DNA from: an uncultured Alphaproteobacteria bacterium
Lineage (GTDB): Bacteria > Pseudomonadota > Alphaproteobacteria > Methylaequorales > Methylaequoraceae
Direction: 5' to 3'
NCBI GenBank assembly: GCA_902563505.1
Contig: CACEXK010000005.1
Coordinates: 6,636 to 70,635, forward strand
Length of the DNA: 64,000 bases
Part shown: in pieces, positions 57,543-64,000 of the stretch
How the letters are laid out: each line of letters starts with the position of its first letter
Numbering within the stretch: position 1 is the first letter of the stretch
Translations under genes and position numbers: made by a program
The notes under the pieces: model-generated
What the model was told of the DNA's origin: nothing
The model's input: the letters and a program-made list of their open reading frames with translations, nothing else
The model's database searches: none

Positions 57543-58116
57543 CAATATAAATCTCTTCTAATTGTTTAAGTGCATTTATATACAATATATGCTCTTTCAT
57601 CAATATTTTTCTTGTAATAGATTCAATGGTATCCTTTTCTGAGATTTTTACAACTTCTTGATCTATTATTTTTCCTGAGTCAATTTCTTTATCAACATAA
57701 TGTACGGAACATCCTGTATATTTTACGCCATATCTGAAGGCTTGGGATTGTGCATTTAGCCCTTTGAAAGATGGAAGTAATGAAGGATGGATATTTATTA
57801 TTTTGTTTTTCCATTTTTTGATGAACGCTTCACTTAAAATTGTCATAAATCCAGCTAAGCAAACGAGATTTATTTTCTCTTTTTTTAATTCAAAGTTTAT
57901 GGCATCTTCAAAATCTTTTTTTTTTAAAAAGTTTGATTGGAGAATTGTTGCTGTTTTGATTCCTTTTTTTTCTGCTTTTTTTATACCCACAGCATCTGGA
58001 TTATTAGAAACAACTAAATTTACATCAGAAATCAACTTATTTGCTTGGCATGCTTCAATTATATTTAACATATTTGAACCTTGACCAGATATTAAAATTC
58101 CTATGTTAAATCCCAT
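57523..58116 (-). CDS. purN: Phosphoribosylglycinamide formyltransferase
   Basis: LISGQGSN, LAGFM, NIHPSLLP, GCSVHYV, DSG. Confidence 0.97.
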   Translation of the reverse strand: MGFNIGILISGQGSNMLNIIEACQANKLISDVNLVVSNNPDAVGIKKAEKKGIKTATILQSNFLKKKDFEDAINFELKKEKINLVCLAGFMTILSEAFIKKWKNKIINIHPSLLPSFKGLNAQSQAFRYGVKYTGCSVHYVDKEIDSGKIIDQEVVKISEKDTIESITRKILMKEHILYINALKQLEEIYIDGQDKK

Positions 58117-59159
58117 TTTCCATAGTGTTCAATTATTATTTTTTCTTTATTTCTAGAGAATTCTACTATACCCATTTCATGGTAAACTATTTTTTGTGTG
58201 GAAAAATATTTTTTTACTTTACTTAATTTATTTCTACTAATAATCAAAATTAATCCAATTCCACAATTCAATGTTTTTAACATCTCTCTAGGATCTAATT
58301 TAGCTAATTTACTTAACCACAAGAATTTTTCTGGTATTTTAAAGTCTTTAAAATCAATTTTGGCTCGCAGCCCTTTTGGGATTATTCTCTCCAGATTTTC
58401 ATAAAGACCGCCACCGGTAATGTGGGCTATAGAAGAAATAAGATTATTTTTTACCAAAGGTAATATATCGTTGACATAAATTTTTGTTGGTTCAAGCAAG
58501 TCTTCTTCAAGTAATTTTTTTTTAGATTTGTAAGGTGTTTTAGAATTTAGTTTTATTTTATTTACCTCAAGTATTTTTCTAATAAGTGAAAAGCCATTAG
58601 AGTGAAATCCATTAGATTCCAAACCAATTATTACTGAATCAGACTGAACATTTTTTTTTTGCAAAAGATTCTTCCTTTCAACTACTCCGACACAAAAACC
58701 AGCTAAATCAAATTCATTAGGTTTATAAATTCCGGGCATTTCTGCAGTTTCACCTCCAACTAATGAACACCCTGCCTCTAAACATGCCAGATTAATACTC
58801 TCTAGGATTAATAAAAAATCATTTTCATTTATTTTTGAGGAAGAAATGTAATCTAGAAAAAAAATTGGTTCACCTCCATTTGCAAGTATATCATTCGCAC
58901 ACATTGCAACTAAATCAAAACCTAGATTCCCAAGTTTTTTTGAGTCAACAGCAATTTTTAGTTTTGTCCCCACACCATCTGTACTGCTTAAGAGAATTGG
59001 ATCTATATATTTTAGTTTTTTTAAATCAAATAATGATGAAAAACCTCCAGGATTTCTTATGATTTCTTTCCGAAAATTTTTTTTTGTTAGGTCGTCAATT
59101 TTTTTTACAAGTTTTGTAGTTTTTTCTGTGTCGACCCCGGATGACTTATAAGTAACTAT
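58101..59159 (-). CDS. purM: AIR synthetase PurM with apparent ATA start codon
   Basis: The frame of ORF 58101..58973 stays open 62 codons further (IVTYKSSGVD...GGFSSLF...STDGVGTK) to an in-frame TAG at 59171-59169; AGGAG SD 6 nt before the ATA. Confidence 0.9.
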   Translation of the reverse strand: MVTYKSSGVDTEKTTKLVKKIDDLTKKNFRKEIIRNPGGFSSLFDLKKLKYIDPILLSSTDGVGTKLKIAVDSKKLGNLGFDLVAMCANDILANGGEPIFFLDYISSSKINENDFLLILESINLACLEAGCSLVGGETAEMPGIYKPNEFDLAGFCVGVVERKNLLQKKNVQSDSVIIGLESNGFHSNGFSLIRKILEVNKIKLNSKTPYKSKKKLLEEDLLEPTKIYVNDILPLVKNNLISSIAHITGGGLYENLERIIPKGLRAKIDFKDFKIPEKFLWLSKLAKLDPREMLKTLNCGIGLILIISRNKLSKVKKYFSTQKIVYHEMGIVEFSRNKEKIIIEHYGKWDLT

Positions 59160-59237
59160 AATTTTCTCCTATAAATTGTTTAGCTGTTTTTTAAAAAGAT
59201 AAATGTTATAAATTTTATAAAATAATTAATAAATATT

Positions 59238-60332
59238 TTGTTTAAATTTATAAGTATTATATTCTTTTTTTTATTCAATGTGGCAAATTGTTTTGCTAAC
59301 GAAGATATTTATTTTATAGAAAACAATCCAATTTTCCTTGAAAATGAAGGAAATGTTCTCGAATTAAGAGAAAAAGCAAAAAATATTTCTTTCCAAAATG
59401 CATTTGATATACTTCTCAAAAACATTCTAGATCCAATTGATGTAGGAAAGTTACAACAAATATCAGAAATTAATATTTCTGAATTAGTTAAAGATTATAA
59501 GATTCAGTCAGAAAAAATTACTGATATTAATTATTTTTCTGAGATTTCAGTAAATTTTAATTCAAAAAAAGTCAGAGAGTTTCTTTTAAAAAATAATATT
59601 GAATTAAATGTTTTTATATCAGAAAGCTATTTAATTTTTCCTATTTTTAAAAAATTTAAAACTTATTATCTCTGGGAGGATGATAACTACTGGTATGATT
59701 ATTTACTCCAAGAATACGACAAACAAGGTCTGTTAAAACTTTTCTTTCCAAAGAAAAATCATTTAAATAAGCTTAGAATTTCTGCAGACCAAATTATAAA
59801 TGAAGATATTGATTCTGTCAGAAAATTTCTAGATCTTTTCAAAAGAAAAAAAGCAATAATAATTTTTCTAGAAGAATACTTTGATTACAGTGGAAATGTG
59901 TTTTCAGTAAAATTTCAAACTAAAGTTTTCAGTAACAATGGTTTTAGCGAAATTATTATTTTAAAAGATAATATGCTTCCAAATGATTCGAATTACTCTC
60001 AAGTAGAATTGATTGCAAAATCTGCTATGAGTGAACTACAAAATTGGTGGAAAAACAAGATTGAAAATTTTGAAATTGGAAAAAATAAAATCAAAACTTA
60101 TTTTGTAAGTTTTAGAACAGATAATTTAAAAAATACAATTTTTATTGAGTCAAAATTAAAAGAAATTCTTTCTGAAAAAAACTTTCTAATTCAAGAGCTG
60201 ACTAATGACAGGATTACATACAAAATTCTCACTAATTACTCAATTGATCAAATAAATTTAGCCCTAGAAGTAAGTAATTTGCGACTAAAAGAAACTAATA
60301 AAAACGACCAATATTTTATTGAATATTATTAA
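59238..60332 (+). CDS. DUF2066-like exported protein
   Basis: Signal peptide; divergent from purM and upstream of hda, the conserved position for this family. Confidence 0.65.
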   Translation: MFKFISIIFFFLFNVANCFANEDIYFIENNPIFLENEGNVLELREKAKNISFQNAFDILLKNILDPIDVGKLQQISEINISELVKDYKIQSEKITDINYFSEISVNFNSKKVREFLLKNNIELNVFISESYLIFPIFKKFKTYYLWEDDNYWYDYLLQEYDKQGLLKLFFPKKNHLNKLRISADQIINEDIDSVRKFLDLFKRKKAIIIFLEEYFDYSGNVFSVKFQTKVFSNNGFSEIIILKDNMLPNDSNYSQVELIAKSAMSELQNWWKNKIENFEIGKNKIKTYFVSFRTDNLKNTIFIESKLKEILSEKNFLIQELTNDRITYKILTNYSIDQINLALEVSNLRLKETNKNDQYFIEYY

Positions 60333-61003
60333 TGAAACAAGAAGTATTAAATTTTAAATTTAAATTAATTAATAAAGATTTTTTTGTAAGTCAAAAAAAC
60401 AAATTAGCTTTTAATCTTATCAACCAATGGCCTAATTGGTCTAATCAAATGATATATATTTATGGGCCAAAAAAGTGCGGCAAAACAACTATTGCAAAAA
60501 TTTGGCAAGAAAAATCAAATGCACTCTTCTTAAATAATAAAAATATTTTAGAAATTTTTTCAGAAAACTTAGATGTCAATTTCATTGCTGATCATAATTG
60601 GATAATAGATGATATAAATTATTTGTTTCGAAATAATTCTTTTGATGAAAAAATATTAAATTTAATAAATATTATTCAAACAAAAAAAAAATCAAATCTT
60701 TTAATTACCAGTACTAAACCTCCAAAATCTATAAATTCTAAAATCAAAGATTTAATATCAAGAGTAGCTTCTTCCTTTGTGGTAGAGGTAAATGAACCTG
60801 ACAATGATCTTCTTTGCAAGATTATAAGAAAATATTTAGATGAAAGAAATATTAAGATAGAAAATAAACATTTAGATTATTTATCAAAGAGAATAGAAAG
60901 GTCATACAAGTCTGCACTCTATTTTGCTAGAAGAATTGATGAAGAGTCACTTCAAACTCATTCAAAAATAACTACAAAATTTTTGAAAAATATTATTAAT
61001 TAA
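60332..61003 (+). CDS. hda: Hda / DnaA-like AAA+ regulatory protein
   Basis: WPNW, YGPKKCGKT, DLISRV, RIERS. Confidence 0.8.
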   Translation: MKQEVLNFKFKLINKDFFVSQKNKLAFNLINQWPNWSNQMIYIYGPKKCGKTTIAKIWQEKSNALFLNNKNILEIFSENLDVNFIADHNWIIDDINYLFRNNSFDEKILNLINIIQTKKKSNLLITSTKPPKSINSKIKDLISRVASSFVVEVNEPDNDLLCKIIRKYLDERNIKIENKHLDYLSKRIERSYKSALYFARRIDEESLQTHSKITTKFLKNIIN

Positions 61004-61019
61004 CCATAACATTATGAAA

Positions 61020-61859
61020 TTAAAAATTTCTTTCTTTTTTTAAAATATTCAATATATTTCTCTTTAGATTTTGATTAGAAAAATTATCGAGAATTTTTAT
61101 GACTGATAATTTTTCTGAACTTTTCCTGCAAATGGCTTTGATATACTTGTCCTCAATAATTCTCTGTATTGGAATATTTTTTTTTTTTGCTAGAGATTCT
61201 CTTAATTTACAAATTTTTTTTAGTATATTTAATTCGTTTGGATCATTCGTCCTAAATTTCATTCTTTCCCATGCATCTTCATTCTTCTTTTCATATAAAG
61301 CTTTATTTAATAATTTATCTAAATCATCAGATAATCTTGATATATCAATTTTTTCCAATTTTTTATATATTTCTACGTATAGTGGAATGAGGTATCTTAC
61401 ATCATTAAGAGCGTATTCAACCTTCTCTTGATTTAGCGGTCTAAATCTCCAATCAATAAACTGATTTTGTTTATCAATTTTGATATTAAGAAAATCTTTA
61501 CATGCCTTTGCATAGCTAGTTGAATTAGGATAACCAAGGTAAAATAAGCATATTTGGGTATCAATTATAGGTTTTGGTACTTGTCCAAACATATTGAAGA
61601 AAATCTCTAAGTCTTGTCTTGAGGCATGAATTACCTTCTTTATATTTTCATCAAATAAAAGTTTTTTCAGGAGAAAACTATCAAAACTTTCATCTAAAGG
61701 GTCAATTATTATAGATTCTTGTAAATTTGAGATTTGTATCAAACATAATTTTGGATAATAAGTATCAACTCTATAAAACTCTGTATCTAAACCAATTATT
61801 TTATCTTTTTGACATTTAGCATAGAATTGTTTTAATGTTTTTTTTTTATAATATAACAT
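61020..61859 (-). CDS. rnd: Ribonuclease D (short form)
   Basis: GLDTEF, LCLIQI, HASRQDLE, DTQI, W..RPL, YALNDV; single HRDC-like region. Confidence 0.92.
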   Translation of the reverse strand: MLYYKKKTLKQFYAKCQKDKIIGLDTEFYRVDTYYPKLCLIQISNLQESIIIDPLDESFDSFLLKKLLFDENIKKVIHASRQDLEIFFNMFGQVPKPIIDTQICLFYLGYPNSTSYAKACKDFLNIKIDKQNQFIDWRFRPLNQEKVEYALNDVRYLIPLYVEIYKKLEKIDISRLSDDLDKLLNKALYEKKNEDAWERMKFRTNDPNELNILKKICKLRESLAKKKNIPIQRIIEDKYIKAICRKSSEKLSVIKILDNFSNQNLKRNILNILKKERNF

Positions 61860-61898
61860 TCATCATAATTATCATTTATACTTTTTAACTTCAATGCT

Positions 61899-63665
61899 AT
61901 GAACTATTACAGATCACACACATGCGGGGAATTATCATTAAAAAATATTAATGAAACCGTTCATATTTCTGGTTGGTTAAATAAAAAAAGAGATCATGGT
62001 GGTTTGCTTTTTATTGACATCAGGGATCATTATGGAATCACACAATGTGTAATAAATTCTGATAATAAGAGTTTCAAGGATTTAGAAACACTAAAATTAG
62101 AAAGTGTAATCAGAGTATCAGGAAAAGTCTTGAAAAGATCTGATGACACAATCAATAAAAATTTGCCAACTGGTGATATAGAAATTTTAAGTGAAACGGT
62201 AGAAATTCTTAATAAATCTAATCAAATTCCTTTTCAAGTATCCATCGACGACGATTCACCAGAAGACTTAAGGCTTAAATATAGATATTTAGATTTAAGG
62301 CGAGAAAAAAACCATAAAAATATAATTTTTAGATCAAAAATTATAAGTAGTTTGCGGAAAAAAATGACAGAGAGAGGTTTTTTAGAAATCCAAACACCTA
62401 TTTTAACAGCATCATCTCCCGAAGGAGCTCGTGATTTTTTAGTTCCAAGTAGATTGCATAAAGGTAAATTCTATGCTTTGCCTCAAGCTCCCCAAATATT
62501 TAAGCAATTATTAATGGTGTCAAATTTTGATAAATATTTTCAAATAGCCCCATGTTTTAGAGATGAAGATGCAAGAGCTGACAGATCTCCTGGCGAATTC
62601 TATCAACTAGATTTTGAAATGGCTTTTGTTGAACAAGAGGATGTTTTTAACTCTATCGAGCCAGTAATTTTCGAGGTATTTTCAGAAAATTCTAATAAAA
62701 AGATTACTCCACCGCCTTTTGAAAGAATCAAATACAAAGATTCAATGGATAAATATGGAACTGATAAGCCAGATCTAAGAAACCCACTTTTTATTATTGA
62801 CTTAACAACAGAATTTATTAATTCAGGTTTCAAGATTTTTGAATCAAATATAAACAAAGGAAATGTTGTTAGAGGGATCAAAGGCCCTAACTCAGCAAAT
62901 AAACCTAGAGCCTGGTTCGACAAATTGAATAATTGGGCAAGAGATTTAGGCCAAAAGGGTCTTGGATATATAATCGTTGATGATGATGAGTTTAAAGGTC
63001 CTATTGCTAATAACCTAAAAAAAGAAAACCTTCAGAAAATCAAAGAAAAAGCAGATTTAAAAAATGGAGATAGTATTTTTTTTATTTCAGATGATTTATC
63101 TAATGCAAATAAATTTTCCTCACTAGCAAGAAATAAGATATGTAATGAGTTGGGATTATTAGAAAAAAACTCATATAAATTTTGTTGGATAATTGACTAC
63201 CCAATGTTTGAGATTAACCCTTTGACTAAGAAAATAGATTTTAGCCATAACCCATTTTCAATGCCTCAGGGGGGTATGGAGTCACTTCAAAATAAAGACC
63301 CACTAGATATTTTAGCCTGGCAGTTTGATATTGTATGTAATGGGGTTGAACTTTCATCAGGTGCACTTAGAAATCATAAAACAGAAATAATGATTAAAGC
63401 ATTTGAAATTGCAGGTTATTCAGAAAAACAATTAAAACAAAGATTTGGTTCTTTATTTAATGCCTTCCAATATGGTGCTCCACCTCATGGTGGTTCTGCC
63501 CCTGGAATAGACAGAATAGTTATGCTTTTATCGGATGAAGAGAATCTAAGAGAGGTGGTTGCCTTTCCAATGAATCAGCAAGCTGAGGATCTTATGATGG
63601 GTTCACCAGAGAATGTCTCACAGGATCATTTAAAAGAGTTAGGAATAACAATAAAAAAGGAATAG
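61899..63665 (+). CDS. aspS: Aspartyl-tRNA synthetase
   Basis: [36 protein letters not shown]. Confidence 0.98.
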   Translation: MNYYRSHTCGELSLKNINETVHISGWLNKKRDHGGLLFIDIRDHYGITQCVINSDNKSFKDLETLKLESVIRVSGKVLKRSDDTINKNLPTGDIEILSETVEILNKSNQIPFQVSIDDDSPEDLRLKYRYLDLRREKNHKNIIFRSKIISSLRKKMTERGFLEIQTPILTASSPEGARDFLVPSRLHKGKFYALPQAPQIFKQLLMVSNFDKYFQIAPCFRDEDARADRSPGEFYQLDFEMAFVEQEDVFNSIEPVIFEVFSENSNKKITPPPFERIKYKDSMDKYGTDKPDLRNPLFIIDLTTEFINSGFKIFESNINKGNVVRGIKGPNSANKPRAWFDKLNNWARDLGQKGLGYIIVDDDEFKGPIANNLKKENLQKIKEKADLKNGDSIFFISDDLSNANKFSSLARNKICNELGLLEKNSYKFCWIIDYPMFEINPLTKKIDFSHNPFSMPQGGMESLQNKDPLDILAWQFDIVCNGVELSSGALRNHKTEIMIKAFEIAGYSEKQLKQRFGSLFNAFQYGAPPHGGSAPGIDRIVMLLSDEENLREVVAFPMNQQAEDLMMGSPENVSQDHLKELGITIKKE

Positions 63666-63682
63666 TTTAAGCACTACAGATT

Positions 63683-63850
63683 TTATTTTATTTTTTGTTC
63701 CTTAAATATGACATGTTTCCTGATCTTAGGATCATACTTTTTTAATTCAAGTTTTTCCGTTTTTGTTTTCGGATTTCTATTTTTCACATAAAAATAACCA
63801 GTATCAGCAGAACTAACCATCTTTACCTGAATTGTATTCGATTTAGCCAT
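63683..63850 (-). CDS. rpmG: 50S ribosomal protein L33, Cys-less form, 55 aa (not in the ORF track)
   Basis: [55 protein letters not shown]. Confidence 0.96.
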   Translation of the reverse strand: MAKSNTIQVKMVSSADTGYFYVKNRNPKTKTEKLELKKYDPKIRKHVIFKEQKIK

Positions 63851-63885
63851 ATTTTTTTATATAATTTTTTTTAATGCTGTCAAGT

Positions 63886-63999
63886 TTAAGTTTTTTTGTC
63901 ATTTAGAAAAATTTGTAATGCAATGAATGCACCTTTTATTTTTGGTAGAAGCCAAAGTGATAGTAGAAGTGTGACTGAAGGCCAAAAAATCATTTGTAA
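63886..63999 (-). CDS. 3' end of a DUF983-like membrane protein (cut by the window edge)
   Basis: ...LQMIFWPSVTLLLSLWLLPKIKGAFIALQIFLNDKKT*. Confidence 0.65.
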   Translation of the reverse strand, partial: LQMIFWPSVTLLLSLWLLPKIKGAFIALQIFLNDKKT

Positions 64000-64000
64000 A

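Noticed and set aside
58974-59159. purM as a truncated pseudogene or frameshift
   Set aside because: The upstream region is in frame and stop-free with conserved motifs; only the start codon is atypical.
2096-62923. Many short ORFs antisense to or nested in real genes (e.g. 3241..3537, 11268..11615, 18902..19348, 49572..50027, 62603..62923)
   Set aside because: Shadow frames of AT-rich coding DNA, with no motifs, RBS or independent promoters.
1-64000. CRISPR arrays, tRNA/rRNA genes, riboswitches, CtrA boxes
   Set aside because: Intergenic gaps are nearly all under 200 nt and AT-rich. I saw no repeat-spacer pattern or cloverleaf, and the TTAA pairs checked in promoter regions had 4, 6, 9, 10 or 11 nt spacing rather than 7.

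Overview
AT-rich bacterial window with two parts. (1) About 1.8-26.3 kb is a sigma54-controlled flagellar island: slt, its own rpoN, PomA/PomB-like motAB, the run fleT-fliEFGHIJ-fliKLMN-fliOPQR-flhB, and a divergent fleQ. Its layout and proteins resemble the gammaproteobacteria-derived FleQ/FleT system of Rhodobacter (Cereibacter) sphaeroides, not the usual CtrA-type alphaproteobacterial flagellum. By eye I find six correctly spaced -24/-12 promoters and three GTCA-N6-TGAC-type boxes. The fliO-flhB operon continues into five tightly coupled non-canonical genes. The last encodes a divergent ribosome-recycling-factor (RRF)-fold protein that has lost the ribosome-binding signature residues; this tail is the best candidate for an undescribed system. 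(2) About 26.3-64 kb is a compact alphaproteobacterial housekeeping backbone (der, purF, mlaEF, dnaB, rplI/rpsR/rpsF, fab, mltG, gmk, rsmA, pdxA, surA, lptDGF, pepA, holC, ndk, purNM, hda, rnd, aspS, rpmG) with an inserted flavocytochrome c sulfide dehydrogenase pair. purM seems to start at a non-canonical ATA codon. Four small ORFs missed by the ORF track were found. I saw no rRNA, tRNA, CRISPR array, transposase or integrase. All family calls come from motif recognition and recalled reference sequences; no database search was run.
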